From Pseudomonadota bacterium (GTDB lineage Bacteria > Pseudomonadota > Alphaproteobacteria > Sphingomonadales > Sphingomonadaceae): DNA of 64,000 nt. Of the stretch, positions 11,231 to 20,348 are shown one piece after another. The stretch is taken from positions 124,911-188,910 of the forward strand of contig JAEZZI010000030.1 of NCBI GenBank assembly GCA_023418595.1, read 5' to 3'. Below the pieces are notes generated by a model, which saw only the letters and a program-made list of their open reading frames with translations, made no database searches and was not told the DNA's origin. A program made the position numbers and the translations under genes. Each line of letters begins with the position of its first letter. The stretch's first letter is position 1.

Positions 11231-11351
11231 GCGCCATTCCGTGTTGTGGTTGGAACGACCTCAACGCCGGCTTCGTTCGAAGGGTCCGCTTGCAAAACCA
11301 TGCGCGGTTGGTGAAAGCGGACCAAACGAATTTCACGGGGAACCCGCCGCC

Positions 11352-12539
11352 ATGTCCGCCGATCCGATCGTCATTTTGTCCTATGCCCGCACGCCGATGG
11401 GCAGTTTTCAGGGATACCTGTCGGGCGCAAGCGCGACCGATCTGGGCGCAGCAGCAGTGCGCGGCGCGGTCGAGCACGCGGGCGTCAGCGGCGAACAGGT
11501 CGAACGCATCTATATGGGCTGCGTCCTTCCCGCCGGTCTCGGCCAGGCCCCTGCCCGTCAGGCCGCACTCGGCGCGGGCCTGCCGCAGCATGTCGAGGCG
11601 ACCACGCTCAACAAGATGTGCGGTTCGGGCATGCAGGCCGCGATCATGGCGGCAGAGGCGCTGGGCTCCGGCTCGATCGACCTGTTGGTTGCAGGCGGGA
11701 TGGAGAGCATGACCAATGCGCCCTATCTGTCGATGCGCCACCGTTCGGGCGCGCGGATCGGGCACGACCGGCTGATGGACCACATGTTCCTCGACGGGCT
11801 TGAGGACGCCTATGAACCCGGCCGGGCGATGGGCAGCTTTGCCGAGGAAACCGCGGCGGAATATCAGTTCACCCGCGCGCAGCAGGACGACTACGCCGTC
11901 GCCAGCCTCGAACGCGCGCAAAAGGCGCAGAAATCGGGCAGCTTCGATCGCGAGATCGTCGCGGTCGAGGTAAAGGGGCGCAAGGGCACCGACACCATCA
12001 CCCTCGACGAACAGCCGCTAAAGGGCGACGTCGCCAAAATCCCGACGCTGAAACCTGCCTTTTCGAAGGACGGCACGATCACCGCTGCCAACGCCTCGTC
12101 GATTTCGGATGGCGCGGCGGCACTCGTCATGACGCGCCAGTCGGTCGCCGACCGGCTCGGCATCCAGCCCGTCGCGCGGATCGTTGCCCACGCCGCACAT
12201 GCCCACGCCCCCGCCCGCTTCACCACCGCGCCGGTCGCGGCAATGCAAAAGGCGCTCGACAAGGCGGGCTGGCAAACCGCCGATGTCGACCTGTTCGAAG
12301 TCAACGAAGCCTTTGCCTGTGTTGCGATGATCGCGATGCGCGATCTGTCGCTCAGCCACGATGTGGTCAACGTCCACGGCGGCGCCTGCGCGCTCGGCCA
12401 CCCGATCGGCGCGTCGGGCGCGCGGATCATGGCGACGCTGCTCTCGGCGCTGGAAACCAATGGCCAGAAACGCGGCCTTGCGTCGCTCTGCATCGGCGGC
12501 GGCGAAGCGACCGCCATCGCCGTCGAGATGATGCGCTAA
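11352..12539 (+). CDS. acetyl-CoA C-acetyltransferase (thiolase II)
   Basis: Inner start MSADPIVILSYARTPMGSFQG of tracked ORF 11229..12539. Active-site Cys sits in LNKMCGSGMQA. C-terminal motifs are NVHGGACALGHPIGASGARI and CIGGGEATA. Confidence 0.93.
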   Translation: MSADPIVILSYARTPMGSFQGYLSGASATDLGAAAVRGAVEHAGVSGEQVERIYMGCVLPAGLGQAPARQAALGAGLPQHVEATTLNKMCGSGMQAAIMAAEALGSGSIDLLVAGGMESMTNAPYLSMRHRSGARIGHDRLMDHMFLDGLEDAYEPGRAMGSFAEETAAEYQFTRAQQDDYAVASLERAQKAQKSGSFDREIVAVEVKGRKGTDTITLDEQPLKGDVAKIPTLKPAFSKDGTITAANASSISDGAAALVMTRQSVADRLGIQPVARIVAHAAHAHAPARFTTAPVAAMQKALDKAGWQTADVDLFEVNEAFACVAMIAMRDLSLSHDVVNVHGGACALGHPIGASGARIMATLLSALETNGQKRGLASLCIGGGEATAIAVEMMR

Positions 12540-12552
12540 AGGCGCGCCGGGG

Positions 12553-14295
12553 GTGCCGCTTCTCATCGATCCGGCGCTTGCCAGCACCCTAATCCTGCTG
12601 GGCGCGCTCGCCCTGTTCATATCCGACCGCATCCGCCACGATCTGGTCGCGCTGCTTGCACTGCTCGCCACCATCGCGCTCGGCCTCGTGGCGCCGCGCG
12701 ATGCCTTCCTGGGCTTTGCGGACCCCGCCGTCATCACGGTCGCTGCGGTTCTGGTGATCGGCCGAGCCATCGAATTGTCGGGCGTTGCCGCCGCCATCGC
12801 CCAACGGATCATCCCCGAACGCGCGGGCTTCACGCTCAGCCTCACCATGTTGCTGGTTGTGGCGGCATTCCTGTCGGCGTTCATGAACAACATCGCCGCG
12901 CTGGTCATCACCATGCCGATCGCGACGGGAATTGCACGGCGTGCGAAACTGACGCCTGCCGCAACGCTGATGCCGCTGGCCTTTGCCACCATACTTGGCG
13001 GCACCACCACCCTGATCGGCACTCCTGCCAATCTGATCATTTCGTCGGCAAGACGGGAGGAACTCGGCGATCCACTCGGGTTTTTCACCATGACGCCGGT
13101 TGCCGCGATCGTCTGTGCGGTCGGCATCCTCTATGTCGTGCTGGTCGGGTGGCGGCTGCTTCCGGGGCGCCGCACCGAGGAAAAGGAGGTCAAGCCGCCC
13201 TGGCGCGTGTTCGAACTGACGGTGCCGGTCGCCGCCAGCGGACGAACGCTTGGCCAGTTGAAGGAAGAATTCCGTCACTTGCCTGCTCGGCTGCTGGCGC
13301 TGTTCCGCTATGGACGGCGACTGCCGATGAACGGCGACACGCTGCTTGAGACCGGCGACCGATTGTTGATGCTGTCGCGCCTTCCCCAACGCACCGTCGC
13401 GCACAAGACCGAACTGGAAGCGCCGTTCGCAACCGACAGCGATACCGAAGTCACCGCGCGCGTCGCGGTCGCGCACGGATCGTTCCTGATCGGCATCAGC
13501 CACGAAGACGTGCGCCTGCGCAGCGACGGGAAGGTTCGCGTGGTCGCGGTCGGCCCCCGCGCGGCACGGGAGAAGGTTCCGCTGGCGATGATGCGGATTC
13601 AGGCCGGGGATCAGTTGTTCGTGCGCGGCGAGCCGAACGATATTGCCGAATTCATGGGCCGCGCCCGACTGCTCGAAATCGACCGGCTGGACCAGCGATC
13701 ATTGTTGTTCGGCAAGGCGGCTCCGATCGTCGGCATTTTCGCTTTCTCGATCGGGCTGGTGGTTGCCGGCGTCCTGCCTGCTGCGGTCGCGTTCGTCGGG
13801 GCGGCGGTCCTCCTGGCCCTTCTGCGCCTGATTCCGTCCGAGGAAAGCTATTCGGCGATCGACTGGCCAGTCATTATCCTGCTGGGCGCCATGATCCCGG
13901 TCGGCCAGAGCTTCGATACCAGCGGAGCCGCGGATATCGTTGCCGACTGGCTGAGCGAGAATTTGATCGGCCAGACGACCTTCGTCGTGCTGGCGGCGAT
14001 GACGGCGATGACCATTTTGCTGTCGATGTTCATCAACAATGTGGCGACGGCGGTCATCGTCGCCCCGCTCGGCATCGCGGTGTCACGGACTCTGGGGATC
14101 GACATCGACGCGATGCTGATCGCGATCCTGATCGGCACCTCCGCCGATTTCCTGACGCCGATCGGCCACCAGAACAACGTTCTGGTGATGGGGCCGGGCG
14201 GGTACAAATTCACCGACTATGCCCGGATGGGCGCGCCGCTGGTGGTGATCGTCGTGGTGGGGTCGGCAGCGCTGCTCAGCGCCTTTTATGGGTGA
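12553..14295 (+). CDS. SLC13/DASS-family anion permease with central TrkA-C (RCK_C) domains
   Basis: 580 aa with a GTG start. Multi-TM N- and C-terminal halves (LSAFMNNIAALVI / LSMFINNVATAVI repeats) flank two soluble segments of about 70 aa (FELTVP...G.TLGQL, ARVAVAHGSFLIG). Confidence 0.8.
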   Translation: MPLLIDPALASTLILLGALALFISDRIRHDLVALLALLATIALGLVAPRDAFLGFADPAVITVAAVLVIGRAIELSGVAAAIAQRIIPERAGFTLSLTMLLVVAAFLSAFMNNIAALVITMPIATGIARRAKLTPAATLMPLAFATILGGTTTLIGTPANLIISSARREELGDPLGFFTMTPVAAIVCAVGILYVVLVGWRLLPGRRTEEKEVKPPWRVFELTVPVAASGRTLGQLKEEFRHLPARLLALFRYGRRLPMNGDTLLETGDRLLMLSRLPQRTVAHKTELEAPFATDSDTEVTARVAVAHGSFLIGISHEDVRLRSDGKVRVVAVGPRAAREKVPLAMMRIQAGDQLFVRGEPNDIAEFMGRARLLEIDRLDQRSLLFGKAAPIVGIFAFSIGLVVAGVLPAAVAFVGAAVLLALLRLIPSEESYSAIDWPVIILLGAMIPVGQSFDTSGAADIVADWLSENLIGQTTFVVLAAMTAMTILLSMFINNVATAVIVAPLGIAVSRTLGIDIDAMLIAILIGTSADFLTPIGHQNNVLVMGPGGYKFTDYARMGAPLVVIVVVGSAALLSAFYG

Positions 14296-14306
14296 GATCA
14301 CCCGTT

Positions 14307-14382
14307 CGTCGTTGCGAGCTCAGCGAAGCGATCCAGGGCTGCAGGTCCGTCACTGGATTGCTTTGCTGCGCTCGCAATGACG
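14307..14382. repeat. palindromic intergenic element, family A copy 2
   Basis: Arms are CGTCGTTGCGAGCTCAGCGAAGCGATCCAG ... CTGGATTGCTTTGCTGCGCTCGCAATGACG. It lies between convergent gene ends. Confidence 0.9.
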
Positions 14383-14404
14383 AGGCGGAAAATCCGTCGC
14401 TCGA

Positions 14405-14893
14405 TTAAAACCGCTCGCCCGGATCGACGCCCCACAGCCGCGCCTGCTGGACATATCCGGCGCGTCCCTTCACGTCGAACCGGCACCAGCCGCGATCGCA
14501 CTCGGTGATCCGCCCGACCACGCCGGGCGCGGCGCGCCAGTTGACGCGCGCGCCGGGCGCGGGCGACGCACGCAACTCGACGATCTGGCCGACGACGATC
14601 GCGGTGCGGCGGTCGGCGAGCAGCCCGACCTGCATCCAGCCTTGCGTCCCGCCGGGATCCTCGACCTTGCGCCAGTCCTTGTAGATATCGACCACCTTGA
14701 TCGGCAGGTCGGCGCGGCGATATTCCCAGCTGACCGGATAATTCTTTCCCGGCCCGGTGCGCATCCGCGCTTCGCTGGCCGAGACCGACGCGTAATAGGG
14801 CGGCTTGCGGCGCTGGGCATCGGCGGCGTCGATCGCGACCAGCGACAGGCAGGCGACCCCGCCCATGATTGCCGTCCACCCGATCGTCCGCAT
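14405..14893 (-). CDS. SH3-like domain protein (DUF1058/COG3807 type), secreted
   Basis: Inner start MRTIGWTAIMGGVACLSLVAIDAADA of tracked ORF 14405..15229. Conserved string: ARMRTGPGKNYPVSWEYRRADLPIKVV..YKDWRKVEDPGGTQGWM ... GWCRFDVKGRAGYV..ARLWGV. Confidence 0.85.
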   Translation of the reverse strand: MRTIGWTAIMGGVACLSLVAIDAADAQRRKPPYYASVSASEARMRTGPGKNYPVSWEYRRADLPIKVVDIYKDWRKVEDPGGTQGWMQVGLLADRRTAIVVGQIVELRASPAPGARVNWRAAPGVVGRITECDRGWCRFDVKGRAGYVQQARLWGVDPGERF

Positions 14894-14987
14894 CGAAATC
14901 CACTCCCTGTCGTGACTTAGCCCTAACGCCGAACGCCCGCGCGGTTCAACCGTTGACTGGGGCGCAGGCACGCCGCATCGATGCGAA

Positions 14988-15986
14988 ATGGAACAGCGCG
15001 CTCCCCTATCCCGCCCCAAGGTCGTCGTGACGCGCGGCCTGCCCGACCGGATCGAGACGCGGATGGCCGAACTGTTCGACGCGACGCTGAACTCGGACGA
15101 TACCAAGCTCGACCGTGATGCGCTGCTTGCCGCCGTCGGGGACTGCGACGTGCTGGTCCCGACTGTCACCGATACCATCGACGCCGATCTGATCGCAGCA
15201 GCAAACGACCGGCTGAAACTCATCGCCAATTACGGCGCGGGGGTGAACCATATCGACCTGAAGGCCGCGCGCGCACGCGGGATTGTCGTCACCAACACGC
15301 CGGGCGTGCTGACCGAGGATACCGCCGACATGACGATGGCGCTGATCCTGTCGGTCCCGCGACGCCTGGCCGAGGGCGAAAAGCTGGTTCGATCGGGCGA
15401 CTGGAAGGGCTGGTCGCCGGGCGGGATGCTGGGCCACCGGATCGGCGGCAAGACGCTGGGCATCATCGGCATGGGACGGATCGGCCAAGCAGTGGCGATG
15501 CGCGCCCGCGCCTTCGGCCTGTCGATCCATTACCACAACCGCCACCGCCTGCCCGCGGTGCTGGAGGCACAGCTTGCCGCGACCTGGCACCAAAATCTGG
15601 ACGAGATGCTGGCGCTGGCCGACATCGTCACCATCCACACGCCGCTCAACGCCGATAGCGAAAACCTGATCGACGCGCGGCGGATCGCGCTGATGCGCCC
15701 GCATTTGTTCGTCATCAACGCATCGCGCGGCGGCATCGTCGACGAGGACGCGCTGGTCGCCGCACTCGAAGACGGGCGACTGGCGGGGGCGGGGCTGGAC
15801 GTGTGGGAGCATGAACCGGCCATCGACCCGCGCCTGCTCGCGCTGCCGAATGTGGTGATGACCCCGCATATGGGATCTGCAACCTATGAGGGGCGAGAGG
15901 CAACCGGCGAAAAGGTGATCGCCAATATCCGCATCTGGGCCGATGGCCATCGCCCGCCCGATCAGGTGCTGGAGGGCTGGGCATAA
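14988..15986 (+). CDS. D-2-hydroxyacid dehydrogenase (glyoxylate/hydroxypyruvate reductase-like)
   Basis: 332 aa. NAD-binding GKTLGIIGMGRIGQAVA is present. Catalytic-region motifs are NASRGGIVDE and TPHMGSAT. Confidence 0.88.
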   Translation: MEQRAPLSRPKVVVTRGLPDRIETRMAELFDATLNSDDTKLDRDALLAAVGDCDVLVPTVTDTIDADLIAAANDRLKLIANYGAGVNHIDLKAARARGIVVTNTPGVLTEDTADMTMALILSVPRRLAEGEKLVRSGDWKGWSPGGMLGHRIGGKTLGIIGMGRIGQAVAMRARAFGLSIHYHNRHRLPAVLEAQLAATWHQNLDEMLALADIVTIHTPLNADSENLIDARRIALMRPHLFVINASRGGIVDEDALVAALEDGRLAGAGLDVWEHEPAIDPRLLALPNVVMTPHMGSATYEGREATGEKVIANIRIWADGHRPPDQVLEGWA

Positions 15987-16123
15987 CTTGACGGTTACCG
16001 GCAAGTTTACCCTGTTGCGCAACCCCCTGAGATGATTGTCCTGATACCGGTATCGCCGAGCGGCTCTGTCGTCGCCGGGTCGGAGTATCGGTTATCTTCA
16101 GGAAGCGCGAAGAACGGCGAAAG

Positions 16124-16582
16124 GTGCTGGTGAACGCACGCATGCGCGTCGGCGGCGACTGGCGCGACGTGTCGATTCGCAATGTGTCGTCGCGCGGTCT
16201 GATGCTGGTCGCCGACGAACCGCCGCCGCCCGGTGCCTATATCGAAATTCGCAAGACCTTCATGACGATCGTCGCGCGCGCCGTCTGGTCGCAGGGCGGG
16301 TTCTTCGGTGTCCGCACCCAGGACAAGGTCGATTTCGACGAACTGATGGAAAATGCCAAGGGTCCGCCCGCGGACTGGAAACCCGGCATGGATCGTCGCA
16401 CCGCAGACCGCACGGCGCAGCACCGCCCCGCCGACACCGCGGAACGCGGTCGCCAGTTCGCGCGCGCGTTTCAGTTCGTTGCGATCACCGGCGCGGCGGT
16501 CGGCGTGGCGGCGCTGCTGGCGCACAGCCTGTGGGAAACGCTGATGCGCTTCGTCGAACCGGTGACAAGCGCGCTGGGATAA
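16124..16582 (+). CDS. PilZ-domain protein with C-terminal TM helix (5' end unresolved)
   Basis: Tracked ORF with a GTG start. The NVSSRGL (NxSxxG) half-site is inside the ORF. The matching RxxxR half-site (RKREERRK, 16100-16123) is in frame but upstream of the first ATG/GTG/TTG. The in-frame stop is at 16028-16030. Confidence 0.65.
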   Translation: MLVNARMRVGGDWRDVSIRNVSSRGLMLVADEPPPPGAYIEIRKTFMTIVARAVWSQGGFFGVRTQDKVDFDELMENAKGPPADWKPGMDRRTADRTAQHRPADTAERGRQFARAFQFVAITGAAVGVAALLAHSLWETLMRFVEPVTSALG

Positions 16583-16615
16583 CCCCACGCCCGCATCCCA
16601 ATCGATCGCCCTAAC

Positions 16616-16692
16616 CCGTTCGTTTCGAGCGAAGTCGAGAAACGTGAGCCAGGCGCTCGCGGGCGTTTCTCGACTTCGCTCGAAACAAACGG
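16616..16692. repeat. palindromic intergenic element, family C copy 1
   Basis: Arms CCGTTCGTTTCGAGCGAAGTCGAGAAACG and CGTTTCTCGACTTCGCTCGAAACAAACGG differ by 1 mismatch, with a 19-nt loop. Confidence 0.9.
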
Positions 16693-16731
16693 TTTGGGGA
16701 GTTGCGACGGAAACGGGGTTGGAGCGAACCC

Positions 16732-18135
16732 TCAATCCCCCGTCAGGATCCGATCGACCAGCTGCTTCACCGTCGGCACGAAACCGTTCGAATAGAACGG
16801 GTCGCGCTGGAAATTGAATGCGGAATGGCCCGCGAACATCAGGTTCTGGTCGGTGTCGCCACCATGCGCGATGTCCTGCAACGTCTTCTGAATGCAGAAA
16901 CTGCGCGGATCGGCCAGCCGTCCGGTCGAGTTGGTCTCGCTGTCCTTCCACGACGAAAAGGCGCAATGCGACAGACAGCCCATGCAATCGGCCTGGTCTT
17001 TGCGGATTTCGGCCTTTTCCTGCGGAGTCACGAATACGACGGTATTGTCCGGCGTCTTCAGCGCATCGGTAAAGCCCTGGCCGAACCATTCGCGCGCGCG
17101 CAAGAGGTCACCCTTGGTCACCCAGAAGTTCTTGCCCTTCACGCCGACGTCGAGCTGAAACACATGGTCGCCCGCTTCCTGCGTCGAAAAGGCGATCTGG
17201 CGTTCCGAACGTGCTTCGAGCGAGCGCAGAAACGGATTGCGGACGGCAGACGAATAGAAGCCGGTCGGTGAAAACTGGTGCAGCAGCACATCGCCTTCCT
17301 CGATTTCCATCAGCTTCTGTTTCCAGCCATCGGGGATCGGGCTTTCCTGCGTCAACAGCGGCCGGGTGCCGTACTGGAACGCGATCTGGCCGAGTTCGGG
17401 ATTGTCGATCCAGTTCTCCCAATCCCGCAGATACCAGACGCCGCCCGCCATCACGATCGGCACGCTATCGGAAATGCCGCCTTCGCGCATCGTCTCGCGT
17501 AGCGCTTTCACGCGCGGATAGGGGTCCTGGGGCGCGCGCGGGTCTTCGGCGTTGGACAGGCCGTTATGCCCGCCCGCGAGCCATGGATCTTCATAGACCA
17601 CCGCTGCAAGAAACTCCGCCGCCTTCGAATAGGCGCGTTTCCACAGCGCACGAAATGCGCGTCCCGAACTGACGATCGGCAGATAGCTGACATTATACTG
17701 CGCGGCGATCTCGCTGAGCTTGTAGGGCATCCCCGCACCGCAGGTGACGCCCGCCACCAGCCCGCGGGTGCGTTCCAGCACCCCGTGCAGGATCGGCTGC
17801 GCGCCGCCCATTTCCCACAACACGTTGATGTTGATCGCGCCCTTGCCGCTGGCGATGTCATAGGCGCGCTTCACCTGTTCGACCGCGCCGTCGATGGCGT
17901 AGGCGATCAGTTCCTCATGGCGTTCGCGCCGCGTCAGCGCCTTGTAGACCTGGGGAATGATCTTGCCTTCGGCGTCATAGCTGTCGGCGTTGACCGCGCT
18001 GACCGTGCCGATGCCGCCGGCGGCTGCCCATGCGCCGGCCGATGCGTGGTTGCTGGCCGACACGCCCTTCCCGCCTTCGACGAGGGGCCAGACTTCCTGG
18101 CCGTTATAGACGATGGGCTTCAGGCCTTTGAACAC
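16732..18135 (-). CDS. nitronate monooxygenase / 2-nitropropane dioxygenase-family flavoprotein (long form)
   Basis: 467 aa. Family assignment is by eye from TIM-barrel FMN-type strings: GGIGTVSA, VTCGAGMPY, PIVMAGGVW. The substrate cannot be inferred. Confidence 0.6.
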   Translation of the reverse strand: MFKGLKPIVYNGQEVWPLVEGGKGVSASNHASAGAWAAAGGIGTVSAVNADSYDAEGKIIPQVYKALTRRERHEELIAYAIDGAVEQVKRAYDIASGKGAININVLWEMGGAQPILHGVLERTRGLVAGVTCGAGMPYKLSEIAAQYNVSYLPIVSSGRAFRALWKRAYSKAAEFLAAVVYEDPWLAGGHNGLSNAEDPRAPQDPYPRVKALRETMREGGISDSVPIVMAGGVWYLRDWENWIDNPELGQIAFQYGTRPLLTQESPIPDGWKQKLMEIEEGDVLLHQFSPTGFYSSAVRNPFLRSLEARSERQIAFSTQEAGDHVFQLDVGVKGKNFWVTKGDLLRAREWFGQGFTDALKTPDNTVVFVTPQEKAEIRKDQADCMGCLSHCAFSSWKDSETNSTGRLADPRSFCIQKTLQDIAHGGDTDQNLMFAGHSAFNFQRDPFYSNGFVPTVKQLVDRILTGD

Positions 18136-18205
18136 GCAACCTCCGAACGAACTTTGTTTGACTGGGACCCTAGCGCGATTGGCGGGTCAAATCGAGTTTA
18201 TTGGC

Positions 18206-19345
18206 TCAGCCGAGCGCGCCGGGCTTTCCTGCTATATTCGCGTAAAGCGCGGCATAGGATGCGATCATGGCCTTTTCATCGAAGATCGCCGCTGCGCGCG
18301 CACGATTGGCCTCACCGATGCTTGTTCTCAGATCGGCATTCTTCGCCAGCGCGTCGAGCCGGTCGCGCAGCCGGACCGCCGTCCAGTCGTTGGACACGAA
18401 GGGCCGGTTGTCGTCGGCCACCATCTCGGAAATGTCGCCGACTGCGGGCGCGACGATCGGCAGCCCCGCCGCCATCGCCTCCATCACTGCGATCGGTTGC
18501 TGTTCCGATTTGGAGGTCAGCGCGAAAATGTCGAAATTGCCGATATAGCGGTGCGGTTCGGGCAGGAAGCCCGGCATCAGCAGTTCGTCCTCGAACCCCA
18601 TCAGTTCTGCCGCCTCGATGATATTGTCGCGTTCCGGCCCTTCGCCGACAATGACGACGCGCACCTTGGCGTTCATGCCTGCCGCGCCGCGCACCAGCAT
18701 CGGCAAATCCTTGACCGCGCGCAGACCCGCCACGGTGCCGATCACGATCTCGCCGGGCTTGCGCTTGAAACCGGGGATCGCCTTCGGATCGGCGCGCTTG
18801 GCATACAGCCCGGTCGGGATGCCGTTGGAAATCCGGTGAAGCTTGTCCGGCGGCTGTTTCCAGTAGCGGGTGGCGATCGCCTCCAGCCGGTGCGACGGCA
18901 CCACCAGCGCGTCCGCCGCCCCCAGGGCCATGCGGCGATACAGATTGCGGACATGGCTGAGCCGCACCGCCTCATCGGCGTTGAAACCGTCCTCGTGGTG
19001 GATCACTGGCGGCAGCGCGCCGGGTTTCGACCCGAACACGCGCTTGGCCATCACCCCGTCGATCGCGCCCCAATTATAGGTGAGCACCAGATCGAAGCGC
19101 CGCATGTAGCGGGCAATCGCCTCGTACCGCTTGACCGATGGCTTGCCGGTCAGCGGCGGCGGATCCATCTCGACTTCCCACTTGATGCCCTTGGAGATCA
19201 GGCTGGTCGCGCCGGTTTCCTCGGGCACGCCCGACACGATCATGTGCCGCGCCTTGTTGCCGAATGCGTTCATCAGGCGGACGGCGCGCGCTTCCTTGCC
19301 GCCGCGACCGAAGCTCGAATGGAGATGGAGGATGTTGAGCGCCAT
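18206..19345 (-). CDS. family 4 (GT-B) glycosyltransferase
   Basis: 379 aa. N-terminus is LNILHLHSSFGRGGKE. C-terminal region has an E-x7-E motif (SEQQPIAVMEAMAAGLPIVA). Confidence 0.82.
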   Translation of the reverse strand: MALNILHLHSSFGRGGKEARAVRLMNAFGNKARHMIVSGVPEETGATSLISKGIKWEVEMDPPPLTGKPSVKRYEAIARYMRRFDLVLTYNWGAIDGVMAKRVFGSKPGALPPVIHHEDGFNADEAVRLSHVRNLYRRMALGAADALVVPSHRLEAIATRYWKQPPDKLHRISNGIPTGLYAKRADPKAIPGFKRKPGEIVIGTVAGLRAVKDLPMLVRGAAGMNAKVRVVIVGEGPERDNIIEAAELMGFEDELLMPGFLPEPHRYIGNFDIFALTSKSEQQPIAVMEAMAAGLPIVAPAVGDISEMVADDNRPFVSNDWTAVRLRDRLDALAKNADLRTSIGEANRARAAAIFDEKAMIASYAALYANIAGKPGALG

Positions 19346-19430
19346 GTTGCCGGCTGCCCTTAACGGGTGATTGGGGGTTGCACAACGCGCGCCTCTTCTC
19401 TCGCGGTGCCCGGATTGAGACTAAGCGCGG

Positions 19431-20330
19431 TCAGCCCTGCCGCGCCAGCACCTTCGCCAGCAGCCGGTCGATCGCCGCGATCGCTTCCGGTTCCTCCAGC
19501 GTCGGGGCGTGCCCGACGCGCGGAATCGTCACCAGTTCGGCTTGCGGCGCCCGCGCGATCATCGCCGCGGCGCCCGTCGGGCTCAGGATATCCGACCTCT
19601 CCCCTCGCACCACCAGCATCGGCGCGTCGCCGATCGCGTCGAAGGCGCGCCACATGTCCGGCCCGGCTTCGTTCCCCGGCAGGCGGAACGGCTCGGCGAT
19701 TTTCATGTCGTAATCAAGCACGATGCGCCCCGCCGAATTGAGCCGGTGCAGCCGCTTCGCCATCACCAGCCAATCCTCTATCCCGTGATCGGGATAGATC
19801 GCGGCGTTCGCCTCCTGCACGCCGCGCGCGGCATGCACCCAGGTGGGATAGGTGGCGGGCTTGCCGACATAGGTGCGAATGCGCGCCAGTCCAGCGGGGT
19901 CGAGGTCAGGCCCGACATCGTTGAGCAGCACGCCCGCAAACCGTTGCTTGCCCGCCGCCGCCAGCAGCATCGTCAATATGCCGCCCAGCGACGTGCCGAA
20001 TGCGACGATGCCCGGCAAGGCCAGTTCGGCAAGCAGCGCCTCGATATCCTGAAGATAGGTCAGCGGAACATAGGTCATCGGATCCTTGGCGAACGCGCTT
20101 TCGCCCCGCCCGCGCAATTCGACGACGATCACCCGCCACTCGCCCGCCAGCCGCGCGGCCACGCCTTCGTAATCACGGACGTTGCGCGTCAGGCCGGGCA
20201 GGCACAGAATCGCGGGGCGGTCGGCAGGCCCGGCATAGTCGCGATAATGCAGCCTCAGCCCGTCGTTGGACCACCAATAGCCGTCTTGATAGGCGGCGGC
20301 GGAAGCGGGCGGGTTGCGCGTGGACAGCAT
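19431..20330 (-). CDS. alpha/beta-fold hydrolase
   Basis: Inner start MLSTRNPP... of tracked ORF 19431..21620; the rest of that ORF is antisense to selO. Motifs: ILCLPGLTRN, nucleophile elbow FGTSLGG, C-terminal GHAPTLEEPE. Confidence 0.85.
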   Translation of the reverse strand: MLSTRNPPASAAAYQDGYWWSNDGLRLHYRDYAGPADRPAILCLPGLTRNVRDYEGVAARLAGEWRVIVVELRGRGESAFAKDPMTYVPLTYLQDIEALLAELALPGIVAFGTSLGGILTMLLAAAGKQRFAGVLLNDVGPDLDPAGLARIRTYVGKPATYPTWVHAARGVQEANAAIYPDHGIEDWLVMAKRLHRLNSAGRIVLDYDMKIAEPFRLPGNEAGPDMWRAFDAIGDAPMLVVRGERSDILSPTGAAAMIARAPQAELVTIPRVGHAPTLEEPEAIAAIDRLLAKVLARQG

Positions 20331-20348
20331 CGGCACCCATATCGCCGG

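Noticed and set aside
18113-19363. 416-aa ORF on the plus strand; similar cases are 9619..11022(+), 15006..16022(-), 24715..26022(-), 12018..13127(-), 22003..23550(-), 35695..36837(+) and 1208..2245(+)
   Set aside because: Each is antisense to a gene with clear family motifs. Each shows the RxxR/GD-rich composition of out-of-frame GC-rich sequence.
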